From: a virus
Taxonomy: Duplodnaviria > Caudoviricetes
Length of the DNA stretch: 64,000 nucleotides
Virus record (IMG/VR): IMGVR_UViG_3300025913_000019
Strand: one strand, 5' to 3'
Part shown: positions 55,068-64,000 of the stretch, one piece after another
How positions within the stretch are numbered: position 1 is the first letter of the stretch
How the letters are laid out: every line of letters starts with the position of its first letter
The notes under the pieces: model-generated
Databases searched by the model: none
The model's input: only the letters and a program-made list of their open reading frames with translations
Told to the model about the DNA's origin: nothing
Translations under genes and position numbers: made by a program

Positions 55068-55439
55068 GTGGCAACTGCGAATCGCAAAGTGAAGGCTGCG
55101 GCCCTCAAGCCCCGCAAGACACCGGCGGCCAAGAAGGCGGCAACCGGCGTCGAGTGGAAGAACAAGACCATCGCCGAGGTCGAGGTCTCCGAAGGCCATC
55201 ACTGGGTGGCACAACTCAGCGCCTGCAACGACGGCCGCAAGCTCCGTTCCGTCAAGCAGGTCATCACCAAGCGCGACGGCACCCAGCACTTCATCAACGG
55301 CTTCATGACCAAGAACGAGCCGGACGGCAAGGAGCTGAAGATCATCATCGGGCTGCTGCTCAAGGTGATGCCGAAGACGGCCAACCTCGGGTCTGTCCTC
55401 AAGGCGGTGAAGGCCGCAATCGCGGAGCGTGAAGCATGA
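55068..55439 (+). CDS. Basic nucleic-acid-binding protein (Lys/Ala-rich N-tail, possible PC4-like domain)
   Basis: KVKAAALKPRKTPAAKKAA tail, then a beta-rich ...RSVKQVITKRDG...GF segment reminiscent of PC4/Whirly SSBs. Weak. Confidence 0.45.
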   Translation: MATANRKVKAAALKPRKTPAAKKAATGVEWKNKTIAEVEVSEGHHWVAQLSACNDGRKLRSVKQVITKRDGTQHFINGFMTKNEPDGKELKIIIGLLLKVMPKTANLGSVLKAVKAAIAEREA

Positions 55440-56164
55440 AGCACAAGATCATCGCCATCGCCGGCAACATCGGCTCGGGCAAGGACACGGTCGGCGACTA
55501 CCTCGTCAAGAACCACGGCTTCAAGCGCATGAGCTTCGCCGGCGTCATGAAGGATGCCATGGCCTCCATGTTCGGCTGGGATCGCAAGATGCTGGACGGC
55601 ACGACCGAGGAGTCGCGCGAGTGGCGCAACGAGATCGACGAGTGGTGGACGGAGAAGCTGGACCTCGATCAGGCGGTGACGCCGCGCTGGATGATGCAGA
55701 ACTTCGGCACCGAGGTCGTCAGGCGCAACCTCCACGACAACTTCTGGATCTTCGCGCTCCAGCGCCAGATCGAACTTCACGACGGCCCGGTCGTCATCAC
55801 CGACGGCCGTTTCCTGAACGAGCTCTACCACGTCCACGAGTGGGGCGGCCAGGTGTGGGGCATCCACCGTCGGCAGCCCGATTGGTTGCGGCCCTTCTAC
55901 CGCGAGGTCGAGAAGGGCGGGCTCACGCAAGAGGCGTGGTCCCAGCTCAACCTCGCCAACGAGAAGATCCGCATGGATCTCCTGGGTCAAGGGCGTCTCG
56001 CCATGGCTGCCATCGCCAACAGGTTCGTCGGCGGCGTTCCGATCCACGAGTCGGAGTGGCAGTTTACGCTCTGGAACGACTACGACCTCATGATCGACAA
56101 CCGCACTTCGTTGCCTCACACCTTCGACCAGGTCGAGGCGCGGCTGCAAGGCAAGGACAAGTAA
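55436..56164 (+). CDS. Deoxynucleoside monophosphate (dNMP) kinase (T4 gp1-like)
   Basis: IIAIAGNIGSGKDT, MSFAGVMKD, FGWDRKMLDG, TPRWMMQNFGTEVVR and VVITDGRF.NE. Confidence 0.9.
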   Translation: MKHKIIAIAGNIGSGKDTVGDYLVKNHGFKRMSFAGVMKDAMASMFGWDRKMLDGTTEESREWRNEIDEWWTEKLDLDQAVTPRWMMQNFGTEVVRRNLHDNFWIFALQRQIELHDGPVVITDGRFLNELYHVHEWGGQVWGIHRRQPDWLRPFYREVEKGGLTQEAWSQLNLANEKIRMDLLGQGRLAMAAIANRFVGGVPIHESEWQFTLWNDYDLMIDNRTSLPHTFDQVEARLQGKDK

Positions 56165-58321
56165 ATGCTACTCATCACGGAGATCGGCCTCGGCGGCGTT
56201 GCCGACTTCAAGCCGACGGTTCTCAAGGTGACGCCGGGCGTCACCTACCTGTATGGCAAGAACATGCTGATGGACGGCATCGGCAACGCCGCTGGCAAGT
56301 CTGTGTTCGCCTCCAGCCTCGCCGACATCTTCTACGACACCCCGATGGTGGGCGAGAAGACCGACAAGCCGAAGACCGGCGTTCGCATGGTTCGGTTCAA
56401 GCGCGGCGACAAGGACATCAAGATCCAGTCGACGTTCAAGGGCCGGTCGGAGCGATTCAAGATCGCGGTCGACGGCGTCGAGAAGAAGGGCCGCACTCCG
56501 TCGATGACGAAGAAGCTGGCGCCCAAGTACTGGCCGATCAACGAGGACGAGTTCCGGACCTACGGCTTCCTCTCGGCGAACGTGCCGCATCCGCTGGTCA
56601 TGGGGAACTCGACTGCGCGCAAGGCCTTCTTCACCTCCTTCTTTCAACTCGACCGTCTCGACGCCGAGAAGAAGGTGCTGGCCGCCTACAGCTCCGAGCT
56701 GAAGAAGGTGAGGGCCAGGTTCAACGAACTCGAGACCACGTTCAACGCGGTCAAGACCGACATGCTGAAGAAGGGTCAGCGGCTGGAGCTCGAGTCTCAA
56801 GTCGCTGACCTTTCCGCTCGTCTGAAGGCGCTGCGTTCCAAGTCGGATCGTGCGGCCAAGGTCAAGTCGCTCCTGAGCTTCGAGTCGTTCGCCAAGGACA
56901 AGATCGAAGCCGGCCTCAAGCTCTGCTCCGACTTCGATGAGCTGGAGCCCATGATTGCCGGCTTGCAGAAGCGTCGCAGGGCCGCACTCCGTGCGAGCGA
57001 ACAGCTAGCCGAGTACAAGGCGTACAGGCGTGCGCTCGAGGCCTGGGAGACCGCAGCCGAAGGCATCGACACCCGGGACGACATGCGTACGCTGGAGGAC
57101 GCGAGCGCCAAGTTCACGAAGGCGACGGCCGAGCTCCGGGTCTACGAGAAGCTGGTCGACCCGCGGCTGATCCATCCAGGGCACCTGTTGGACCCGGTGA
57201 CGAAGCCTGAGCAGTCGAAGGACGAGCTGGCCGAGATGCGGGTCAAGCTGCGCCACCTGCAGGAGCACAGCCGCAAGTTCAGCTCGGGCGTCTGCGACGA
57301 GTGCGGTCAACCCGTGGCCAAGGCCGACCCGGAGAAGATCGACCGCATGAAGTCCAAGGTCAAGAAACTGGGCGACGCATGGGACAAGTACGACGAATGG
57401 GCAGAGCATCGTCGTAACTTCGAAGCCGAGCTCAAGGACTACGAGCCGAAAGCGAAGCGCCGTGACGCAGCCGAGAAGGTGCAGAACGAGAACCGCGAAG
57501 CTCACGTGCTGTACAAGCAGCGTCAACGCCTGGGGCCCCGGCCCGACAAGGTCGAGAAGCCCGAAGAAGCAGAGGACGTTGAGGTCCTGAATCGTGACAT
57601 CGAGCTCCTGAAGTTCCTGCTGCAGCACCAGTCGAACATCGAAGAGCTCCGCGCTCTGACCAAGGAAGAGCGCGAGCTCAGCTTCGACTCAGAAGTCATG
57701 GAGCGCGTGCAGGACAAGCTCTCGGGCATGAAGACGAAGCTCGACGTTCACAACACGGTCAAGGGTCGTGCGTCGGAGATGCGCGAGCGACTGGCCGAGC
57801 TGAAGGCGCAGCTTGAGGACGAAGAGGCCGTGCTGTTCGCACTCGAGGCCTACTCTGACACGGCGATCAAGCGCATGGCAGTCGAGGCAATCAGCGAGCA
57901 GATGATGGCGACCATCAACAAGATGGGCACGATCGTCTTTCCTGACTACCGGTTCGAGTTCGTGTGGGACTCGCAGGTGCGCATCCTGGTTCATCGTCAG
58001 GGCAAGGCACCGACCGACGTGCGCAAGCTCAGTGGCGCGGAGACGATGCTGTTCACGCTCATCATGGTCTTCTCGCTCCTCATGTTCGTGCCGTCGCGGA
58101 AGCGCCTGTCGCTGCTGATCCTCGATGAGCCGTGCGCCAGCTTCCACGAGCGCATGATCCCGAAGTTCCACGCGCTGCTGCCCGAGATGCTGAAGGTGAT
58201 TCCCAGCATCCTGATCGCAACCCCGAAGGAGTACGAGCGATACCCCGGGGCCAAGGAGTACACCATCTACCGCGACCAAAGCGGTGCCTGCCTCAAGAAG
58301 GGACATGCCAGTGTCAACTGA
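56165..58321 (+). CDS. SbcC/Rad50/gp46-like recombination ATPase
   Basis: Walker A G.N...NAAGKS, coiled coil, Zn hook CDEC, signature LSGAE and Walker B LILDEP. Confidence 0.9.
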   Translation: MLLITEIGLGGVADFKPTVLKVTPGVTYLYGKNMLMDGIGNAAGKSVFASSLADIFYDTPMVGEKTDKPKTGVRMVRFKRGDKDIKIQSTFKGRSERFKIAVDGVEKKGRTPSMTKKLAPKYWPINEDEFRTYGFLSANVPHPLVMGNSTARKAFFTSFFQLDRLDAEKKVLAAYSSELKKVRARFNELETTFNAVKTDMLKKGQRLELESQVADLSARLKALRSKSDRAAKVKSLLSFESFAKDKIEAGLKLCSDFDELEPMIAGLQKRRRAALRASEQLAEYKAYRRALEAWETAAEGIDTRDDMRTLEDASAKFTKATAELRVYEKLVDPRLIHPGHLLDPVTKPEQSKDELAEMRVKLRHLQEHSRKFSSGVCDECGQPVAKADPEKIDRMKSKVKKLGDAWDKYDEWAEHRRNFEAELKDYEPKAKRRDAAEKVQNENREAHVLYKQRQRLGPRPDKVEKPEEAEDVEVLNRDIELLKFLLQHQSNIEELRALTKEERELSFDSEVMERVQDKLSGMKTKLDVHNTVKGRASEMRERLAELKAQLEDEEAVLFALEAYSDTAIKRMAVEAISEQMMATINKMGTIVFPDYRFEFVWDSQVRILVHRQGKAPTDVRKLSGAETMLFTLIMVFSLLMFVPSRKRLSLLILDEPCASFHERMIPKFHALLPEMLKVIPSILIATPKEYERYPGAKEYTIYRDQSGACLKKGHASVN

Positions 58322-59045
58322 ACGAAGCGTCGTCAGCGCCAGCATCACAATGACAACGGAACTAAGCGTCTTCAGCTCCAGCATCTTCTCGGTGTGGGAC
58401 ATCAGCGATGGACTGCGTAGGCTCAAGGTCAGCCACACCATCGACCCTGAGACCAAGGGTCAGAAGGTGCTGAACGTGAACCTGAAACGGGCACAGCCGC
58501 GGCCGGTGCACATCACCACATCCGTGGCTGCGCTCCGTCCCGGCTCCATCAATTTCATCGTGGGTTCGTATGGGATGCTGTCGCAGACAAACATCCCGCA
58601 ACTGATCGGCCCCGATCTCGCGACTGCGTTGAAGACGGCTCTGCTGTCGCACCAGACCACGAAGATCAAGGTCTCGACGATGAGCCCGGTCGACTACATC
58701 AACCACGTGGCCAAGCCGTCGCTGCTGAACAAGATCCTCACCGAGTTGCAAGGCATCCAGCCCTACAACCCGTTGCGGAAACAGACGCAGGCGCTCATCA
58801 TTGCGTACTTCAATGGACGCGTCGCCGAGCGCACGGTCATGACCTTCCTGTCGAAGACGCTGCGGCTCGAACGTCTGAAGCCGCTGATCGTTGAAGGCAA
58901 GACGCTGCGCGACGCCGTGGAGATGATGAAGACGATGGACGCCGAGACCATTGCGTTGCAGACCGGTGTGCCGGCCTTCGACATCCAGTACTTCCACAAC
59001 GCGGGCAAGCCCAAGCCCGAGAAGAAGCCCAAGGTGAAGAAATGA
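58305..59045 (+). CDS. Hypothetical protein
   Basis: Start probably ATG 58305 (AAGAAGGG RBS); typical codon use. Confidence 0.55.
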   Translation: MPVSTERSVVSASITMTTELSVFSSSIFSVWDISDGLRRLKVSHTIDPETKGQKVLNVNLKRAQPRPVHITTSVAALRPGSINFIVGSYGMLSQTNIPQLIGPDLATALKTALLSHQTTKIKVSTMSPVDYINHVAKPSLLNKILTELQGIQPYNPLRKQTQALIIAYFNGRVAERTVMTFLSKTLRLERLKPLIVEGKTLRDAVEMMKTMDAETIALQTGVPAFDIQYFHNAGKPKPEKKPKVKK

Positions 59046-59422
59046 GTACTCCGAGCGGCCCCTCTATCAAGGCGTGGTTCAACGGCAGGCAGGTGCTGCT
59101 CGGGCTTCAACAGAATGCCCTGGTCTTCAATGGCTTCGAGTTCGTCAGACCGCAAGACGCGAAGTTCGTCGCCATCATCGAGACCGTGACGGTGGGGCCG
59201 GAGAACGTGCCACCACCCTGGCCCGAGACGCAGACGATTGACCAGGCGGCCCTGACCTGGACCAACTACTGGTTGTGCGAGGTCATCGCCATCAATCAGA
59301 CAACGATCGGTGACCAGGATGTAGTCGCCGTCAACGATCCCAACAACGGAGCCTGCGTCTGCGGCATCAGCTGCCAGGGCCGTGATCTCCAGTACGTCCA
59401 GGTGGCGAACGTCACCGCCTGA
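59042..59422 (+). CDS. Hypothetical protein
   Basis: ATGA-coupled ORF. Confidence 0.55.
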   Translation: MSTPSGPSIKAWFNGRQVLLGLQQNALVFNGFEFVRPQDAKFVAIIETVTVGPENVPPPWPETQTIDQAALTWTNYWLCEVIAINQTTIGDQDVVAVNDPNNGACVCGISCQGRDLQYVQVANVTA

Positions 59423-59445
59423 TCCTCAATCCCAAGCAAGGAACT

Positions 59446-60243
59446 ATGATGAACAAGTACGGCCAGCCCCTCGCGGCTCCCATCCGCCAGACGATCCTCC
59501 CGGCCATGACGAAGGACGGCCGCATCATCGGCTGGTATCCAATCGCTGCACAGACCTTCACCGGTGCGGAGACCTCGGTCACGATCCCGGACACGGGCAA
59601 CGGCGGCGCAGGCACCGTGATCCCTGTCATGTCCGTGACGCAGGACTCGGGCATCGGTCTGCCCCAGTACATGGCGGCGGTCTGGCCCACCGGCCTCGCG
59701 GCCAACTACCAGCCGTGGGCATCGACGTTGCTGCAGAAGCCGGATGTCGGCTATTCGCGCTGGTACTCGATGGCGACCGAGTCGTGGTTCGAGCACTTCA
59801 CGAAGGGAGCGCTCATCGACGGTCTGACCGGCGGCACCCTCAACCTCGCGGTCTCTGCCGCGTCCAACCCGAGCGCTCCGACCGTGACCACTCCTGCCGC
59901 GCAGACCTGGCAAGCGTCCATCGAGTACGCGATGCTCAACGGCGACTGCCCGTTCTTCGACTTCAACTGGATCACGCTCTTCGCGGCCAAGTCGAACACG
60001 ACCGGCATCCGCATCGTCGTCAACACGAACCCGGCGCCCATCGCTCCCGATCCGCTGCCCCCGATGAAGGCCGTGAACATCGGCATCCCGGTGGCCGGCC
60101 CGACGGGTGCTCCGATCTACGACTCGATCCGCATCATGAAGCTCATGGACGAAGTGCCGCCCGGCGCCTACGCCTTCACCTTCACGATCTACGACGACCT
60201 GGGCCAGAGCACGGCCGCGACGCTCAACCTCACGGTCGTGTAA
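59446..60243 (+). CDS. Thr/Pro/Ala-rich hypothetical protein, possibly structural
   Basis: AAGGA RBS; strongly biased codon use; followed by a terminator. Confidence 0.65.
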   Translation: MMNKYGQPLAAPIRQTILPAMTKDGRIIGWYPIAAQTFTGAETSVTIPDTGNGGAGTVIPVMSVTQDSGIGLPQYMAAVWPTGLAANYQPWASTLLQKPDVGYSRWYSMATESWFEHFTKGALIDGLTGGTLNLAVSAASNPSAPTVTTPAAQTWQASIEYAMLNGDCPFFDFNWITLFAAKSNTTGIRIVVNTNPAPIAPDPLPPMKAVNIGIPVAGPTGAPIYDSIRIMKLMDEVPPGAYAFTFTIYDDLGQSTAATLNLTVV

Positions 60244-60274
60244 TCCAACTTGCATGGGTCCCCTGGACCTCCTT

Positions 60275-60311
60275 AGGGTCCCTGGCCTTCAAAAGTCAGG
60301 GACCCTCTTTT
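60275..60311 (+). terminator. Rho-independent terminator
   Basis: AGGGTCCCTGGC-CTTCAAAA-GTCAGGGACCCT stem followed by CTTTT. Confidence 0.75.
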
Positions 60312-60342
60312 CGTTCTGGACTCGAAGTTCACGGTCCGAGAC

Positions 60343-60350
60343 TGTAAATA
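60343..60350 (+). promoter_or_regulatory. Putative phage promoter TGTAAATA upstream of sliding clamp
   Basis: Intergenic, directly after a terminator and 43 nt before the 60394 start. Confidence 0.55.
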
Positions 60351-60393
60351 AGGGGACATAGCAGTCCCTTCCATCCAACACCACAGAGTAACC

Positions 60394-61482
60394 ATGGCTC
60401 TCAACATCCAAGTCGAAACCGACGCACTGCACACTGCCCTCGACGTCATCTCGAAGACGGCGCCGCCGTTCGAGGGCGAAGTCACGTTCCGCATCAAGGA
60501 CAACAAGGTCACGGTCAACTCCGTCTCCGACTTGAGCCGGGCCACCGTCGTCATCCCCTGCACGTCGAAGGGCGAAGGCGAGTTCGCGATCCCGATGGAG
60601 TCGCTGCGCTCGGCCTCGAAGGGGAAGAAGGAGCTGAGCCTCGCCTACAAGGACGGCACGCTCAACGTCAAGGCTGCCGGCGGCTACACGGCTGACCTCG
60701 CGACCCTCGACGTGGTGCCGCCAGACGAAGTGCCGAAGGAAGAGACGCAGGACTGGAAGCTGACGGCCGACCAGGCGACGTGGCTTCGCAAGGCGCTGAA
60801 GGACGTGACGCTGAAGCCGACCTCGATCCTCAGCGCGTGGATGCCCGTCGGCATTCGCCTCTCGTCGTCGGGTGCGTTCGTGGCCTGCTACGATGCGGCC
60901 CACATGAGCTGGGTCAACGACAAGACGATCAAGGGCGAGTTCGAGTGCGTGATGCCGCTCGAGACCGCGAAGGCTCTGGTCGAGGTCTTCCACACGGGCA
61001 ACTTCGTGATCCACCTGACGAAGAACTCGATCCGTGTCAGGAACAAGACGGTCAACGTCCTGCTGTCGCTCCCGAACACGGAAGACCTGCCGACGCTCGA
61101 GCAGGTGCGGGCCAAGATCAAGGAAGCGATGGCGGTCAAGGCCACGACCTTCAAGGTCGGCCAGAAGGACATGCTGGCCTTCATCGACAACGCACGCGCG
61201 GTCATGGGCAAGGAGCGCGCCGAGATCCTGGTCACGAGCGCCAAGGGATCGAAGGGCGACAAGCTGGAGCTGCTGGTGAAGACGGGCCAAGGCCAGGTCA
61301 AGACCCTGGTCGCCGGCGGCACGGGCGGGACCAAGGAGCGCTCGTTCACGGTCGACCTCGACTACATCCAGGAGCTCATCAGCAGGGCGTCGGACGAGAT
61401 GATGCTCAACGTCGTGGACGGTTCGTTCCTGTCCATCGCGCTGGCCGGCTCCAATGCAATCGTAGCGTTGAACCAGCAATGA
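60394..61482 (+). CDS. DNA sliding clamp (Pol III beta-like)
   Basis: 362 aa with three-domain beta-clamp-like pattern (IQVETDALHTALD..., GEGEFAIPM, F.VDLDYI.E); a clamp loader is present in the same block. Confidence 0.75.
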   Translation: MALNIQVETDALHTALDVISKTAPPFEGEVTFRIKDNKVTVNSVSDLSRATVVIPCTSKGEGEFAIPMESLRSASKGKKELSLAYKDGTLNVKAAGGYTADLATLDVVPPDEVPKEETQDWKLTADQATWLRKALKDVTLKPTSILSAWMPVGIRLSSSGAFVACYDAAHMSWVNDKTIKGEFECVMPLETAKALVEVFHTGNFVIHLTKNSIRVRNKTVNVLLSLPNTEDLPTLEQVRAKIKEAMAVKATTFKVGQKDMLAFIDNARAVMGKERAEILVTSAKGSKGDKLELLVKTGQGQVKTLVAGGTGGTKERSFTVDLDYIQELISRASDEMMLNVVDGSFLSIALAGSNAIVALNQQ

Positions 61483-61868
61483 TCCAAGGCGCAACCCTGC
61501 GCTCACTGATCCCGTGGGAGACAGGCCTGTTCCACAGGCTGGGTCAGGGGCACGCGATTGTCTCCACACCTCAGGAGCCCGGCACCTACGAGCTGGGCGC
61601 CAAGTTCAATCTCATCTGCATGTTCGAGATGTGGGAGCTGAAGCGCGACGGTAAACCCGTCGGGCACTTCTTCCTCTCCGGCATGAAGGTCGAGTCGAAG
61701 GGCGGCTACATCGTCACGTTCATGGAGTCGAAGCGCGGTCGCGCCGAGACCTGGAACCTGTTGATCCGCAGCCCCGAGTTCCTGCTCTTCGACTTCCCCA
61801 ACTGCGGCGCTATGGCGATCAGCATGGAAGTCAGCGAGCACATGCAAAAGATCCTGGAAGGTCAATGA
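61479..61868 (+). CDS. Hypothetical protein (MIQGATLR...)
   Basis: ATGA-coupled start 61479 within ORF 60780..61868. Confidence 0.55.
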   Translation: MIQGATLRSLIPWETGLFHRLGQGHAIVSTPQEPGTYELGAKFNLICMFEMWELKRDGKPVGHFFLSGMKVESKGGYIVTFMESKRGRAETWNLLIRSPEFLLFDFPNCGAMAISMEVSEHMQKILEGQ

Positions 61869-62413
61869 TGGTGAAGAAGACACAACCCGCGAACCAGGGC
61901 CTCATCGCTACGATCCGTGAGGACGAGACCTACAAGACGTTCAAGACGATCCTGACCGGTGCAAAGCAGGGCCTCGATCTCGAAGCGCTGTCGAACGAGG
62001 TGATCGGTCTGCACGTCGGCCGAACCAGCACCGGCCTCACGGGGGACGGCCGCTACAGCCCGAAGACGTTGCTGGATGCGAACACGACCGACATGTCGAG
62101 CCGCGGTCGCATGACCCTGATTCGTGTCCGCCTCGACAAGAAGGTGGGGGCACTGCGCAAGGGCATCGGTGCGATGCGCAAGCACATCCTGACGAAGTAC
62201 GCGGAGGAGCTGAAGGCCTACGGTGGAGTCACGATGCAGAAGGCTGTGGCTGACCGCGTGATGAAGGCGGCCATCGAGTACGTGGAAGAAGCCGATCTGC
62301 TGATCGCCAGCATCGACCACCTCATCCGTGACATCGACAGCGCAGGGCATGGTCTGCATCGCTGCGGCGAGCTAATCAAGATCCTGAGCGAAGGGCGAGG
62401 TCGCACGCTGTGA
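61865..62413 (+). CDS. Helical hypothetical protein, possibly UvsY-like recombination mediator
   Basis: All-alpha coiled protein directly upstream of the UvsW-like helicase. UvsY assignment is by synteny only. Confidence 0.45.
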   Translation: MMVKKTQPANQGLIATIREDETYKTFKTILTGAKQGLDLEALSNEVIGLHVGRTSTGLTGDGRYSPKTLLDANTTDMSSRGRMTLIRVRLDKKVGALRKGIGAMRKHILTKYAEELKAYGGVTMQKAVADRVMKAAIEYVEEADLLIASIDHLIRDIDSAGHGLHRCGELIKILSEGRGRTL

Positions 62414-63957
62414 CGAAGCAGATCACCCTCACCAAGCGCGAGGCGGTCTTCATTCCGATCAAGGCGATCACGACCGAGATCAGGGACCGCATCAAGCAGA
62501 AGCTCGACTTCAAGTTCTACGACGAGAAGGCGTGCAAGGACTGCGAGTGGTTGTCGGAGCGTCATTGCGACATCTGCGACACGTGCCCTGGCTTCAAGGC
62601 CGGCTACAACCTCGCACCCACGGTCAAGGTCAACGAGAACCGCTACATCAAGGTGCCGGTCGGGTCTCACAACCTGATCGTCGACTACCTGGAGACCAAG
62701 GGCTACGAGGTCACGATCAAGGACAAGAGCCCGAAGCGTCCGATCCGTGCCATCCAGTGGCGCGGCAAGTTCCGTGAAGGCCAAGCCGACGCAGTGGTGG
62801 CGATGCGCCGCAAGCGTCGTGGCGTCATGAAGGCGCCACCTCGAAGCGGCAAGACCGTGAGCGGCACAGCCGTCATCTGCAAGCTCCAGCGCAAGACCAT
62901 CGTGATCGCAGCGCAGCGCGAGTGGCTCAACGGCTTCATCGAGACCTTCATCGGCTCGAAGACGCAGAAGGCCCTGACGAACCTGGACCCCAAGCGCATC
63001 AAGCTCTGCAAGACCTACGAGGACTTCAAGAACCACGACATCTGCCTGTGCACTCCCAACATCTTCTACTCCGACAAGGGGCAGGCGATCCTTGCGAAGC
63101 TGCGGGACATGTTCGAGGTCATGTTCGTCGACGAAGTGCACATGGGTGCTGCCGACAAGTTCATCGGCATCCTCTCGAAGTTCAACGTCCGGTGGATGAT
63201 TGGCCTCTCGGGCACGCCGAGTCGCAAGGACGCGAAGTATGTCCTGGTCCGACACGTGGTCGGCCCCATCATCCACGAGGTCAAGGTCGAGTCGCTGCGG
63301 CCGCACGTCAAGGTCAGGTTCACCTCGTACCAGAAGACGCACAAGGGCAACGTGCTGTGGGTGCGTATGGTCAGCGCACTCGAGAACGACAAGAAGCGCA
63401 TCGACCAGATCGCGAAGGAAGCGATCAAGGACGTGGCCGCGGGTCACCTTGTGATGATCCCGTACACGCAGATGAAGCCGGTGCTCGCAACTATAAAGAG
63501 GATCAACGAGCTTGCGGGCAAGACGTTGGCCTATCCGTATCATGGTCAGGTGCCGAAGAAGGTGCTCGACCAGACGCTGGAGCGGGCACGCAAGTACCGG
63601 GTCAAGATCCTCGTGGGCACGACCAAGAAGCTGAGCGTGGGACTCAACATCCCGCGTGCGTCGATGCTCTACGAGGTTGCGATGTCGAGCAACAAGGAAA
63701 ATGCGGAGCAGCGGATGCGCCGGGTCACGACGAAGATGAAGCCCGAGGACGAGCGCCCGGGATTCCCGAAGCCAGACCCGTGCATAAAGTACTTCCTCGA
63801 CGACATGAACGTCCGTAGGAACTGCGCGAAGAACGAGTTCTTCAATGTGCTGCGGCCGAAGCTCCAGCCCCACATCGATGAACGCACGCAGCTGCTGCTC
63901 GATACGTACTTCAAGGCCAAGTCGGGTGGCAGGGCCGAAGGCAAGTTTGAACTCTAG
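62410..63957 (+). CDS. Superfamily 2 DNA helicase (UvsW/D10-like)
   Basis: Q-motif FREGQ, Walker A APPRSGKT, DEVH, GLSGTPSRKD and VGLNIPR motifs. Confidence 0.9.
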   Translation: MTKQITLTKREAVFIPIKAITTEIRDRIKQKLDFKFYDEKACKDCEWLSERHCDICDTCPGFKAGYNLAPTVKVNENRYIKVPVGSHNLIVDYLETKGYEVTIKDKSPKRPIRAIQWRGKFREGQADAVVAMRRKRRGVMKAPPRSGKTVSGTAVICKLQRKTIVIAAQREWLNGFIETFIGSKTQKALTNLDPKRIKLCKTYEDFKNHDICLCTPNIFYSDKGQAILAKLRDMFEVMFVDEVHMGAADKFIGILSKFNVRWMIGLSGTPSRKDAKYVLVRHVVGPIIHEVKVESLRPHVKVRFTSYQKTHKGNVLWVRMVSALENDKKRIDQIAKEAIKDVAAGHLVMIPYTQMKPVLATIKRINELAGKTLAYPYHGQVPKKVLDQTLERARKYRVKILVGTTKKLSVGLNIPRASMLYEVAMSSNKENAEQRMRRVTTKMKPEDERPGFPKPDPCIKYFLDDMNVRRNCAKNEFFNVLRPKLQPHIDERTQLLLDTYFKAKSGGRAEGKFEL

Positions 63958-64000
63958 AGGTGTGAGATGAGAATGCAATGCGGGCGGTGCCTGTCTTCGA

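Noticed and set aside
58305-59045. Possible clamp-loader delta subunit
   Set aside because: No recognisable AAA+ or delta motifs; left as hypothetical.
1-64000. tRNA/rRNA genes, integrase, IS elements
   Set aside because: Intergenic gaps are short and contain no cloverleaf-like or rRNA-like sequence; no transposase or recombinase motifs found by eye. tRNAscan-SE would settle the tRNA question.

Overview
The whole window is a high-GC (roughly 60-65% by eye) segment of a large lytic myovirus genome, probably jumbo-class. The host is inferred to be a beta/gamma-proteobacterium, with Burkholderiales suggested by two DUF2827 genes. It has three transcriptional blocks. (1) 1-15923 (+): T4-like tail/baseplate genes (virion PG hydrolase with M23, hub, spike, gp25, wedge), tail fibres with chaperone, a DksA/TraR-like Zn finger, two tandem DUF2827 genes and a 5'-3' exonuclease, ending at a bidirectional terminator. 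(2) 15998-42693 (-): a lysis cassette (holin candidates, Rz with embedded Rz1, GH19 endolysin), then ~23 kb of paralogous, modular fibre/spike genes carrying Ig, IPT/TIG, ConA/LamG, beta-helix and six-hairpin glycosidase domains, plus a signal-peptide-bearing GH5 mannanase-like enzyme. (3) 42790-63957 (+): DNA metabolism genes (Cas4-like nuclease, DnaX-like clamp loader, dNMP kinase, Rad50/SbcC, beta-clamp, UvsW-like helicase) among many small unknown ORFs. The most notable observations are two apparent multi-ubiquitin-like domains, a glycan-centred toolkit (secreted GH5, glycosidase fibres, DUF2827 pair), an apparent daisy-chain docking architecture among fibre proteins, and two recurring promoter-like motifs (minus-strand AATTTNAT, often inside hairpins; plus-strand (T/G)GTAAATA). 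I saw no tRNA, rRNA, CRISPR array, integrase or IS element. All family assignments come from motifs recognised by eye and need profile searches to confirm.
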